Below are positions 37,887-49,925 of a stretch of 64,000 bases of DNA, one piece after another (within the stretch, counting starts at the first letter, position 1; each line of letters starts with the position of its first letter). The position numbers and the translations under genes are program-made. The DNA is taken from contig NC_043001.1 in NCBI RefSeq assembly GCF_006345805.1, positions 100,750,001-100,814,000 of the forward strand. The letters run 5' to 3'. The notes beneath the pieces were generated by a model, which was given only the letters and a program-made list of their open reading frames with translations, was not told the origin of the DNA and did not search any database. This stretch comes from Octopus sinensis. Lineage: Eukaryota.

Positions 37887-39145
37887 CGAGGGGTTATCAT
37901 TAAAGATTTCTGCTGACCGACATCCGGTTATTGCAGGAAACGGAACTTATACAGGTATAATCATACATGTCTCTACATGTCACATTGTAAATTGCAGTTT
38001 TCCACTAGTATTCGTTTGTCCTTTACGGCTGCCGAAGTGGACTGAGGTGTTATAAAGGAGGCAGTTGAATGCAGATCAGTGATCAGGTCCTTATACTTGA
38101 AAGCCGCCAAAAGAGACTTTTGATGAGATAAAAGAAGTTTATGGTGACGATGCAGCATCATACGACGTAGTGAAGCACTGGCATTGCCAGGAAGAATGTG
38201 GTCGGACATCAGTGGAAACAGCTTCTGTTCCTGGATGACCACATTCTGCCATTGATGAAGACACCATCCATAAAGAGGAAGCCACCATTTTGGAGGATTG
38301 CCACATAAGTACTCGGAAACAAGCTCAAGAAAGGAAGATAGGGTCCTTTGGAAAAAAGTCATCCATGACCATTTGCACATGCGGAAGTTGTCTGCATGAT
38401 GGGAATCGACACCTTTTCAGCTCACGTCTTTACAGAGGCAGGAATGAGTCAATTGCTCCCAGGCTCTTTTGGCGATGTGCCAAGAAAATGAGGACTTTTT
38501 CAGCAGACTTATCACACAGGATGAAACATGGGTCCTTCGCTATGATCCTGAAACTAAAGTCTAGGAGAAGCAATGGAAGCATGATAACTCACCACTTTCA
38601 AAGAAGGCTCATGTCCAACCCTCAGCAGGCAAGGTGATACTCACAGGCCTTTGGGACTAGCACGTAGTAGTGATGATGGATTTTCTAGCAAAGGGTACCA
38701 CAATTAACAGGGCGTATAATGTTTCCCTCCTACAGAAATTGCAGGACACCATCAAAGCAGAGAGGAGTGGCATGCTGACCAAAGTAGTCCGCCTCCTCCA
38801 GTTCACAATGCAGATATTTCCCAGATGGAAGCACAATCCTGCGGCTATGAAAACCTTCCTCATCCCCCTTGCTCTCCTGACTTCACACCATCTGACTTCC
38901 ATGAAGTATTTTTTGAAAAGGAAGTACTTTTTAGATGATGATGAACATATTTCCAAGGTAGTTTTGACTCCAGACGCAACCTATTAGCTTCTCTCAGATG
39001 AGATCTCCACAGCTGCTAAATCAATGGGAGAAGCATGTTCCCATTGGTGGTGGCCATGTAGAGAAGAACTAATGATTATGCCAAGTTTCGTTTATCCCAG
39101 TCCAAAGGAAGTGGGTCGGGGGAAATCTTTAATGAACAACCCTCA
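37887..39145 (+). mobile_element. Near-full-length (~1.26 kb) mariner relic
   Basis: TIRs CGAGGGGTTATCATTAAAGATTTC / GAAATCTTTAATGAACAACCCTCA followed by TA. Remnants RSVIRSLYLK, LITQDETWVLRYDPETK, QPSAGKVIL, DFLAKGTTIN and PHPPCSPDFTPSDF. Confidence 0.9.
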
Positions 39146-39714
39146 TAGTTAACTCTCTTCCAAAATATTTTGAGAAAGTTGTCTCTAGTTATGTTTCATT
39201 TGAAAGTATCTGCAATGGAGAGCACAAGGCTGTATGACATTGAAGGTCATGTTGCTATAATTATATCCTGTTTTGCCAAGTCCTGTCTTGTTTCTGTAGG
39301 GTTGTTTATTGGTTATTCCTTGGTCAATTCAATAAACTGCAATGTGTCTTTCTGTTTATACCTTGTTTTGCTAAATTGTCTCTCTGTCTACGCTATTAAT
39401 TATGTTCTTGTCTCACAAAAGATGATTTTTATATAATCCAGACATCAACTGATATTCGTCAGTTTAAAAAAAAAAAAATACTTTGATGTCTACCACGTGA
39501 CACCACTTCATTTCATCTTGAATAACGATATGTGTGTGTTTGTGTGTGCATATGCATTTGCGTGTGAGTGTATTTATGCTGTATTTTATGTGGTGCATTT
39601 TATGTGGTCAAATGTATGTGTGTATATATGTGTGTTAGTGTGTATGTGTGTGTGTATAAAGTAACGAGAAACGTTCTCTGTAGCTCAGACATCTGTCACT
39701 AGAAGTCACTTGAT

Positions 39715-39915
39715 TCGACCCTCAGGCATAAGTCTACTGATCAGTCATTCGTTGCTTTCTAGGAGGACTCACCTCTTCTATCTCTGTTGTGGGTGACAAT
39801 GTTGAAATTATTGACTGCTTCATTTATTCCAGCAGTGAGATTCCTAGCAACTTTAGCTGTGAGTCTGAAGTCCTAAAAAGACTTGGACGAGCTGGTAGAA
39901 TTGTAGACTCATTGT
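39715..39915 (+). mobile_element. RTE-like RT C-terminal fragment
   Basis: GDNVEIIDCFIYSSSEI...CESEVLKRLGRA resembles the VExVxxFxYLGS...EIxRRIGxA motif. Confidence 0.6.
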
Positions 39916-40334
39916 ACAAGTTTATCTTAATCTTTTTGATGCAACTCTACCCTATACTGTTCTCTTTCCCTATCGTTTTCTTTCCCATCCTTTCTCTAAT
40001 TCCTTTTTTCTCCCCTTCACTGTTTTCTATCTGTCTCTCTCTCCCTCTCTTTCTCCTTTACTCTCTCTCATTGTTCACACATAACCATCGTCCATCTTTC
40101 TTTTCCTCACATGATCATCTTTCTTTTCTTTCAGGGCTGTCCTAGAATCTGAATGTATCCTATCTATCTTTCACTTCTATCTTTTCTCTTGTCAAAGAAA
40201 ATATTTCTCCAGTGTTGGCTATTTTGCCCTCCCTTTGGTCTAATGACCCTCCATGTTTTTTTTCATTCAGTTTCCTTGTATGTCTCCACTGTCCTGTTTT
40301 TGTTCCCAACTTTGACCCTCCATAAACTTGCACC

Positions 40335-40371
<37 letters not shown>

Positions 40372-40529
40372 TATATCATTATTTGATTGAAAACCATGCT
40401 TCCATTTCCAAGTATATATATATATACATTAATAATGATAATATGGCAACAAGAGAATGACTGAGACCTCGATATTATGTAAAATAGAGGAATTTATCTC
40501 TAAATATAATATGTGACAATTAGTTGGTT

Positions 40530-40600
40530 GTCATAATAAAACTCAGAGTTTCAGATGCCGGGACTCAAGTCAACTCCGGCATCTCATCAGTTATTATGAC
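40530..40600 (-). ncRNA. Type-I hammerhead ribozyme motif (left arm of palindrome)
   Basis: The minus strand reads GTCATAATAA-CTGATGA-GATGCCGG(loop)CCGGCATC-T-GAA-ACTC-T-GAGT-T-TTATTATGAC. It has a perfect 10-bp stem I, an 8-bp stem II, a 4-bp stem III with 1-nt loop, a GUU cleavage triplet and one extra nt before GAAA. Confidence 0.72.
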
Positions 40601-40608
40601 AAAGGTTT

Positions 40609-40679
40609 GTCTTAATAACTGATGAGATGCCAGAGCAGACTTCCGCTCCAACATCCGAAACTCTGAGTTTTATTATGAC
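40609..40679 (+). ncRNA. Type-I hammerhead ribozyme motif (right arm of palindrome; stem II partly decayed)
   Basis: GTCTTAATAA-CTGATGA-GATG...GAGC...GCTC...CATC-C-GAA-ACTC-T-GAGT-T-TTATTATGAC; stem I pairs at 9/10 positions. Confidence 0.65.
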
Positions 40680-40726
40680 AACCAACTAATTGTCACATAT
40701 TATATTTATATATATGTATGTATATA

Positions 40727-40770
<44 letters not shown>

Positions 40771-41192
40771 GATATAAATGATGGAAAAGTATTATGATGA
40801 ACTTTATTTAACAATGAACATCAACACATCATGACAAATTTGTTTCAGAAGTCTCCAAACATGTAAATAGCTCATATTATTGTTTTTAATAATAAATAAG
40901 CTATTTGTAAGCCTGCATTAATGCAAAATGCCAAAAACTTCATTGGAGATAATGCAAAAATTTAGACTAACTCATCAGGTGAAAAAGGTTAATTCTTAAA
41001 TACACCTTCTCGACTTTAAGATATATGAATTCTTTTTTCATGTATATTGTTGTATTTATAGTCTATATGGTTTGTGTAGGGACAAACTAAGGAGCTTTTC
41101 AATGAGTACTATCGGGTTACTAGAATCAATATATCGTGATATATATGTATGTGTGTATATATATATATACATATATATATGTATATATATAT

Positions 41193-41370
41193 ATCATCAT
41201 CATCATCATCATTTAACGTCCGCTTTCCATGCTAGCATGGGTTGTACGGTTTGACTGAGGACTGGCGAACCAGATGGTTGCACCAGGCTCCAATCTTGAT
41301 CTGGCAGCTTCTGCAGCTAGATACCCTTCCTAACGACAACCACTCTGAGAGTGTAGTGGGTGTTTTTACA
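41193..41370 (-). mobile_element. RTE 3' tail fragment
   Basis: (CAT)n followed by TTTAACGTCCGCTTTCCATGCTAGCATGGGTTG. Confidence 0.87.
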
Positions 41371-41376
41371 CACACT

Positions 41377-41424
<48 letters not shown>

Positions 41425-41777
41425 GGCAAAATATAGGTTAGTTCAAATATGTTTGTGGGTGATGTACTTGCACAAATCAATCAATGTTGTTGACTGAAAT
41501 ATACATGAACCTATTGCTTTACAAGTCTGTTCAGAGTTGCCTCACTTAAGTACATCCCATTGACAAGGGTCAATAAACTTGAAACATCAATGTCTGGGAT
41601 TCCTGATGGATGTCTACACAGTTTTCACACCTTTTACCATAAGAGATATTTTTTCCAAGGTTACTGCAGTATATTTTTATTTTTTAGCAGTTGAAATATG
41701 TTTGTGACATATTTTAAATAACCCAGATTTTGTTTCTGCCTAAACACTGCTTAGCACTAACATTTATATATATATGC

Positions 41778-41810
<33 letters not shown>

Positions 41811-42081
41811 TGTGTGTGTGTGTAAGTGTATGTATGTATGTATGTATGTATGTATGAGTGTGTGTGTGAAATCGATAAGGTATGACAATTTCACAAAGAA
41901 AAGCAACAAAATGAAATTCACGGTGAATATTATTAGTTTTGGCATTTAAAGAAAGACATGGGGGAAGTCAAGTAGAAATATGGTATTTTGGGCCTTTTAT
42001 TGCCGAGAAGAGAAAAGGAAGGAAAGAAAAGAAGATAGAAACAGTGAGTTGGGAAAAAGGATACATGTGTATGTGTATGTG

Positions 42082-42115
<34 letters not shown>

Positions 42116-42117
42116 TG

Positions 42118-42262
42118 CAGGAGTGGCTGTGTAGTAAGTAGCTTGCTTACTAACCGCATGGTTCCAGGTACAGACCTACTGTGTTCTACTATAGCCTCAG
42201 GCTGACCAAAGCTTTGTGAGTGGCTTTGGTAGATGGAAACTGAAAGAAGCCCGTTATATGTA

Positions 42263-42297
<35 letters not shown>

Positions 42298-42512
42298 TTG
42301 TGTGCCTCTACTTGCTCTCCCTCGCCCCCAACATCACTTGACAACCGATGTTGGTGTGTATTTGTCCCAGTAACTAGCAGTTCAGCAAAAGAGACAGATC
42401 GAATAAGTACTAGGCTTACAAAGATTAAGTCCTGAGGTCAGTTTGCTCGATTAAAGGCGGTGCTCCTGCATGGCCACAGTCAACTGACTGAAACAAGTAA
42501 AGAATAAAAGAA
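42118..42512 (+). mobile_element. SINE family B, full length (internal (GT)n, A-rich tail)
   Basis: GGAGTGGCTGTGTAGTAAG head, internal (GT)n, and AAGGCGGTGCTCCTGCATGGCCACAGTC...GAAACAAGTAAAGAATA tail. Confidence 0.88.
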
Positions 42513-42521
42513 TATAAATAA

Positions 42522-42565
<44 letters not shown>

Positions 42566-42590
42566 TTATTTATTATGTAGATGTGAATGC

Positions 42591-42624
<34 letters not shown>

Positions 42625-42628
42625 ATAT

Positions 42629-42850
42629 ATCATCGTTTAATGGGTTGGATGGTTTGACAGCTGCTGCACCATGCTTTTGACAAAGTTTTTACCGTTGGAT
42701 GTCCTTCCTAACTCTATGGAGTGGGCTGAGAGCAAGGTTAGTCTTGGCATGGTTTTTAGAGCTGGATGCCCTTCCAAATGCCAACCACTCTGAGAGTGTG
42801 GACTGGACACTTTTTAAGTGACACCAACAAAGTTACTTGGTGACCCTGGA
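42629..42850 (-). mobile_element. Rearranged RTE 3' tail fragments
   Basis: CATCGTTTAA...GGGTTGGATGG and GCTGGATGCCCTTCCAAATGCCAACCAC. Confidence 0.65.
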
Positions 42851-44049
42851 AGTGCTGGTTCTATTTAAAAAGCACCTAGTCCACTGTCTCTGGAGGAGGT
42901 GATCTTGTGTCAGTCGGTGAAATGTTACAGGGTGGGAGGAAGACAGAAACAGGTGTCATGCTGTGGAGGAGGTACATGGTTACCCGGGGGGGGGGGGGAG
43001 CAAGAGCAGGCAAAAGAGAGAGAGTAATTAAGGTTGAGGGCAGAAACAGGTGTACTGCTGTTGAGGAGTGGTTACCCAGTCAGGGAAAGAGAGAGAGAGA
43101 GAGTGGGAGACAGTAAGAGTGCAAGAGAGAGAGAGAGTGAGGAAGAGGGAGATAAATAGTGGCAGATGCCAGGGCATGCCTTCAAGATATGGAGGTCATA
43201 ATATTGGTGGTAAGGTATTGCCAAGAAGGTGCAAGTAGAAAGTGGAGGTGAGAACCTGGGTGTAGAGAAGGGGTTGGGAAAGCAATGATACAGGGAGCAG
43301 GGTGGTGAGGATAGGATTGGGGAGTGGTAGGTAGTCATCTAGATATTAATCTGCTTGTTCCATTTGGTTATACATTAGTTTGTTAGAGAGGTGGAGGCGG
43401 AGTAAGAATGAGAGGTAGAGTAAGGAAGGAGTAGAGAAAGGTGATTAATATTAATACACTTAGGCCAGATGGTCACGTGGTCAGCTGAAGGAAGAGGTGA
43501 AGAACGAGAGAAAAAGGGGGAGAGGGAACTGTTAATGATGTGCAGTGGGGGGAGGGGAAGGAATACTTATTACATGGTTAAAAAGTTAGCTGAAAGGAAA
43601 GGTAGACAGAAAGAGGTGGACAGGGGAAGCAACTATATTGAGAGAGAGAGAGAGAGAGAGAGAGGTTGGTAGTGGTGGTGGTGGTGGTGGTGATGAGCTG
43701 ATATTTTATTGAACTAAATTTTTTTTAATAGCAACCATCACAATTATTTATCGTTTGCTCACTTAAAAAATTGGTATTTGTTTATAAGGATTAATTTAGC
43801 TTCATCTCAGCATTCGCTGCACACACGGTTGCAATCTGCCCGAGAAAAGATGTGCAGATATAGAGTAGAGGTCAGAAAGGAACAGTGGACAGATATGATA
43901 AAAAGTGGAAAAGGACAACACCAATGGAGATTTGAGGAACTGAATGCATTTAAAAAACTAAACTATGAATGCTATAAAAATGCAGATCATCTTTTATTTC
44001 TTTCTTTCTTAAATAGGTCCTCGTGACTTTTTCCATTCCAGGGTGCGCT

Positions 44050-45118
44050 GAAAGTGTAGCTGCTAGGTAAGAGAGCTCTTACCTCTGCTGGTGACAAAGA
44101 GCCTCTCACTGAGAGTAAAAGGTAGACTGTATGACGCAGTGAAACATGGGCCATGACTGCTGAGGACATGCATAAGCTCACAAAGAATGAAGCCAGTATG
44201 CTCCGATGGATGTGTAATGTCAGTGTTCATACTCGACAGAGTGTAAGTACCTTGAGAGAAAAGTTGAACCTAAGAAGCATCAGATGTGGTGTGCAAGAGA
44301 GATGATTGCGCTGGTATGGTCACATGGTGAGAATGGGTGAGGATAGCTGTGTGAAAAAGTGCAACACCCTAGTGGTTGAGGGAACCTGTGGAAGAGGTAG
44401 ACCCAAGAAGACCTGGAATGAGGTGGTGAAGCAAGACCTTCGAAAATTGGGCCTCACTGAGACAATGACTAGTGACCAAGACTTTTGGAAATATGCTGTG
44501 CTTGAGAAGACCCGGCAAGCCAAGTGAGACCATAAACTCGTGGCCTATGTCAGGGGTTTAACCATTCCACTTATGCGTACCTTTCCTTCATTGGACACTA
44601 AACTCTACTTGTGAAGACATGTTGAGGCAAGTGAAATTGAAATCAAATTCTATGACTGGCATCCATGCTAGTGGAGCACTAAGAGTACCACCCAAGCATG
44701 ATCGTTGCCAGAGCAGCTGACAGGCTTCCATGCCGGTGGCATGTAAAAAACACCATTCGAGCGTGATCATTACCAGTGTCACCTTACTGGCACTTGTGCC
44801 GGTGGTACATGAAAAAAACATTTAAGTGAGGTCATTGTCAGTGCCACTGGACTGGCTCCTGTGCAGGCGGCACATAAAAAGCATCATTTGAGCATAGCCG
44901 TTGCCAGTACTGTCTGACTGGCCCTCGTGGTGGTGGCACGTAAAAGCACCCACTACACACTCAGAGTGGTTGGCATTAGGAAGGGCATCCAGCTGTTGAA
45001 ACTCTACCAGATTAGATTGGAGCCTGGTGCAGCCATCTGGTTTGCCAGTCCTCAGTCAAATCGTCCAACCCATGATAGCATGGAAAGCGGATGTTAAACG
45101 ATGATGATGATGATGATG
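44050..45118 (+). mobile_element. RTE-type LINE 3' end: RT C-terminus, stop codon, 3'UTR and (GAT)n
   Basis: SETWAMTAEDMHKLTKNEASMLRWMCNV...LRWYGHMVRM...GRGRPKKTW...EKTRQAK* (stop at 44527), followed by the modular 3'UTR. Confidence 0.93.
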
Positions 45119-45365
45119 GTGTAGGTGCATGAAACTTTGAAGTCACTGTCTCAGCATACTTGTATAAGAATAATGAATATATGTGTGCGTGTGTGTGTAT
45201 ATATATATATGTCAACATATATATATATAATGCATACATATATATACACACACATGTATAAATGTATATATAGGGGGATAATTCACAAAAAAAACAAAAG
45301 ATGAAGGCAGGTGTGTAGACAACAAACAGTTGTATTAGCTTACCGCATGGTAAGTGAAAAGGTCT

Positions 45366-45397
<32 letters not shown>

Positions 45398-45414
45398 GTG
45401 TGTATCTATATGTA

Positions 45415-45570
45415 GGGCTTCTTTCACTTTCCATTTACCAAATCCACTTACAAGGCCAGTGATTGGTTTGAGGCTATAGTAGAAGACACTTACTGAAGGT
45501 ACCATGTAGTGGGACTGAACCCAGAACCATGTGGTTGGGAAACAAACTTTTTACCAAACAGCTATGCCTT
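45415..45570 (-). mobile_element. SINE family B (5' half)
   Basis: Reverse complement of the family B head. Confidence 0.82.
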
Positions 45571-45697
45571 TGCCTATTCATAATTGTTATAGAAACAACA
45601 TTTCGTTTAATGTATTGAGTACTTTCTGTTTTTTGGCCTATGTACCACAGCTGATCATGTGTACACAAGCATATATGCAAACATGTGCATATGCATG

Positions 45698-45755
<58 letters not shown>

Positions 45756-45859
45756 ACACACAGAGGCACATATAGAGCAATGTTATAAGTTAACTGAATA
45801 AATAAATAATTCCCATCCTGCCAATGCACTGTCAAGTGCTCCTTCTTCAGCGTATTATA

Positions 45860-45971
45860 CAAACGTGTGCATATATGAATGTGTATAGATATGTATGTAT
45901 GTGTGTGTGCACATGTATGCATATGCATATATATATATATATGTGTGTGTGTGTGTATATATATATGTATG

Positions 45972-46034
<63 letters not shown>

Positions 46035-46048
46035 GTATATATATATGT

Positions 46049-46090
<42 letters not shown>

Positions 46091-46139
46091 CTACATACAT
46101 ATATATATATACATACATATATATACATATATATATGTA

Positions 46140-46183
<44 letters not shown>

Positions 46184-46259
46184 ATCGATGAACAATATAC
46201 ATACATATCATCATCATACATATATATACATATATATATGTATATATATATGTATGTAG

Positions 46260-46294
<35 letters not shown>

Positions 46295-46483
46295 ATATAC
46301 ACATATATATATATATATATATACATATCTATGCATACATGTGCACACACATACATGTTTACCATTACATATACATCATATACATAGTTACAAACAAATG
46401 TGCATGTTTCTCTTTGTGCATATTTCCAAGCATGTATATATATATATATTTACAAATACACACACACACACACACACACATCA

Positions 46484-46515
<32 letters not shown>
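45860..46515. repeat. Long (TA)n-rich microsatellite tract
   Basis: Seen directly. Confidence 0.95.
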
Positions 46516-46517
<2 letters not shown>

Positions 46518-47000
46518 AATAATTGCAATTTGCTCAAGGCAAAATTTTGTATTTATTGCTATGTAAATCTTTAATATGTTTTATTCCTCAAGATATTTTT
46601 CTCTCTGTTATTTCTTATTTATTTCTTTTTCCCTTCAACTCTGTTCTGCTTTTATCCACTAATAATCTGACTTTTGACATTTAGATTTGACTGAAAGAAA
46701 AACTAATTTTGTGTGGGAGCTATCTGAAGACTTCTTGCAATGAAGTGAAGAACTTAATAGAGTAATATTATCCATATACTGGCCTCAGGCAAAGCATGAC
46801 ACACCAGCTTCTGTGGAAAGTGACATTTTTACCTGATTTTACTCTTTCAACTGTAACAGGATTACGGAGTGTTGCTTCAGTTTCTCTGCACTGATTTCTT
46901 CCTACACACAGACACACTCACAAATGGACAGACAGACACACATACATATCTACTAATACAGACATGTATGTATGTGTGTATGTGTGTGAGTGTATGTATA

Positions 47001-47037
<37 letters not shown>

Positions 47038-47038
47038 A

Positions 47039-47206
47039 TAGTGCTGTCTTAAAACATGGGTAAACGGGTACTTACCTAGGAGATCCATAAGTCCACAGGC
47101 CCAATGGGGATCTATGCATGGTCTAATTTGCTGTCAATAAATATATTCTATAGGCCCCAGGGCATTTGTTTCCATGGTGGACTGTTATGCTCTTAAGACA
47201 GACATA
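47039..47206. mobile_element. Possible hAT-type MITE
   Basis: Degenerate terminal inverted motifs GCTGTCTTAA / TTAAGACAGAC. Confidence 0.4.
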
Positions 47207-47251
47207 TCTATATCTGTCTATCAGTCTGTCCATCTCTCTTTCTCTCCCATT

Positions 47252-47835
47252 ATCATCATCATCATCATCATCATCGTTTAACGTCCGTTTTCCAAGCTAG
47301 CATGGATTGGATGGTTTGACCGGGAACTGGGAAGCCAGGAGGCTGCACCAGGCTCCAGTCTGATCTGCTTTTTATGTGCCACCAACACAGGTGCCAGAGG
47401 AGGCAGGCAACGGTCACAATCAGTAGGTGCTTTTTACATGCCACCAGCACAGGTATCACAACTACAATTTCCATTTGATTTTTTGATGTTGATGTACTTG
47501 ACTCAATAGGTCTCCTCAAGCACAGTAGGTCAGCCTACGATCCAAGGTACTTTTTAATGGGTTGGGGCTGGTAATGCAAAACTGGTGTAGGTTACACCTG
47601 TGAGCTCACTTTATTTGCTGGGTCTTCTCAGTCACAGCATATCTTCAGAGGTCTCGGTCTTTCGTCATTGTCTCTGTGAGGCCCAACTTTCAAAGGTCAT
47701 ACTTCACCACCTCATCCCATATCTTCCTGGGTCTAACTCTACCCCAGATTCCTTCAACTGTTTGGGAATGGCACTTCTTCACACATCTTTTCTCATCCAT
47801 CCATAGTACATGAGAATACCAGCACAAACGTCTCT
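47252..47835 (-). mobile_element. RTE 3' end with RT C-terminal remnant
   Basis: (CAT)n tail and 3'UTR, then the reverse complement of WYSHVLWMDE...VRPRKIWDEVVK. Confidence 0.82.
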
Positions 47836-47836
47836 G

Positions 47837-48692
47837 ACCATATCGGATCCAAATATTCTGCCAGTTTTATATTCAAACTGGTGAGATCCAGCTTCTCACA
47901 CCTACCCTACAATGTCATTCTAAACATATTTGGCAGTCATACTGCCAAAATGTAAAAGCTATGAGATAATGCATGATTAATCCAAAGTCATCATCATCAT
48001 CATCGTCATTTAACGTCCTCTTTCCTTGCTGGCATGGGTTGGACAGTTTGAGTGAGGAATAGTGAGGCAGAAGTCTGCACGAGGCTCAGTCTGATCTGGC
48101 AAAGTTTCTACAGCTGGATGCCCTTCCTAATGCCAGCCACTTCAAGAATGTAGTGGGTGCTTTTACGTTCCACCGACATGAGGGTCAGTCAGGCAGTACT
48201 AGCAACGACCATGCTCAAAAGGTGTTTTTTACATGCTATCTGCATGGAAGCCAGCTCAGTGGCACTGGCAATGACCACACTCGAATGTTGTTTTTCACAT
48301 ACTACCGGCACTTGTTCCAGCAAGGCGACTTTGACAACGATCACACCCAAATGGTGCTTTTTACATGCCGCCAGCACGGGAGCCAATCTGTGGCCCTGGC
48401 CAGATGTACTTTTAACATTCCACTGGCACAAGTGCCAATCAGGTGGTAATGTCATCGACCACGTCAGTGATTTTGACTTTGATTTTACTTCAATAGGTCT
48501 TTGCAAGCAAAGTTTATTGTCCGATGAATGAGGGGTATTCATAAGTGGTCTGGTTACGCCCACTGGCATAGGCCATGGGCTATGGTCTCACTTGGCTTGT
48601 TGGGTCTTCTCAAGCACAGCATATCTCCAAAGGTTTATGATGGGAATAAATAAGCATTACATTTGAAAAGGTGATTTGAATGCTGAAGGATT
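47837..48692 (+). mobile_element. piggyBac-like MITE split by an RTE insertion (47988-48633, minus strand)
   Basis: 47837-47986 and 48640-48692 match consecutive halves of the MITE at 59904-60123. The intervening sequence is an RTE 3'UTR with (CAT)n. Confidence 0.78.
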
Positions 48693-48699
48693 GAAAATT

Positions 48700-49200
48700 C
48701 GCTGGTCTGTCAATGAGAATTTGGAAGAAGAGCAGAGTAAAAGTGAAGACAGTAGTTGCACTATTCAGAGCTTGCATCCTTAGCACTGCAGTATGGCAGT
48801 AAGACGGGGAGAATCTGCAACAGGGCAGAAAAATGTTCCAATGCCTTGCACCGCTGTTGCCTGAGATGGACCCTTAATATCAAGTGAAATGACCAGGTTA
48901 CCAACAATGAGGTCTTGGTCCATGCATAGGGATCTACATTCCTCATCCTATTGTAACAATGATGTCTCCACAGGCAAAACCTTATGTACCACATATCAAG
49001 TGGGAGATTCCTAAAAGACCTGCAGTACAGGGATCTGGCCACCAGCAAGAGAACCCAAGGTCACCCTTGTCATGTTTCAAACATGTCTTTAAGATAGGCA
49101 TGAAGTCTTTTTTACATGAAGGTTGAATTTTGGAGATGGTTGCTGATGATAAATTCCTGCTTGAGACTAGAGTTAGGAGACTAGGGTTAGGTAAGGGTTT
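48700..49200 (+). mobile_element. Older RTE (BovB-like) RT C-terminal remnant
   Basis: CILSTLQYGS...NALHRCCLRWTLNIK*NDQVTNNEVL...GRFLKDLQYRDL. Confidence 0.75.
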
Positions 49201-49712
49201 TAAATCACGAAAGAAGGGCCTGAGGTTTGCTGAAGAAAAGAAAAGCAAGATTGATGGAAACATTAAGAGAAAATTGGATGGTATGAATTTCGTGAGTAGG
49301 TTGTTCCGTTGATTAGAACAACTGAAACTCTTGTAATTGTAACCAACAGTGCCAGGCCAAAGTCAAGGCTGCCATCCAATGACTGAAACTAGTAACAATA
49401 AAAGAACATGTAACGCATAGGTCTGTGTATGTGTGTGTGTATGTGTATATGTGTGTGTGTATGTATATGTATGTATATGTGTGTATATATGTGTGAGTGT
49501 ATGCGTATGCATGTGGCTATGTGATCTGTGTGTATGTATATATGTGTGTGTATGTGTATGCTTATGTACCTGAGTCCATTTTTACCAGGTTGGCTTTTAT
49601 TTGTTAACTTGCACATTTGTATCTGTCCCTTTTGTTGAGTCAGGGCCAAGGTCGCTCACTCTCACTCTCTCTCTTTCTCTTTTACTTTAATGACTTCTCT
49701 CTCCCCTTCAGT

Positions 49713-49743
<31 letters not shown>

Positions 49744-49891
49744 GTCACCATTTCTCTCCCTTCTCTTCTCTCTCTCTCTCTCTCACTGTAAATTTCCATT
49801 TTTTTCTCTTTCTGGTCTTGCAGCCTTCGGCATTCAAATTCATTCTTTCAGCAGAAAAAAGAACTCACTGTTTGGGGAGTGCAGCCTCCAT

Positions 49892-49925
49892 ACATGGCGG
49901 ATGGAAAGACTGTTGTCATGGAGAC
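49892..49925. promoter_or_regulatory. Candidate YY1-like site (ACATGGCGG) and RFX X-box (GTTGTCATGGAGAC)
   Basis: Motif matches only, in a non-repetitive island flanked by (CT)n tracts. Confidence 0.3.

Noticed and set aside
45825-45856. Minus-strand CTGAAGA plus GCACT/AGTGC hairpin as a complete ribozyme
   Set aside because: The GAAA/stem III half is missing; it is counted only as a possible truncated relic in the island census.
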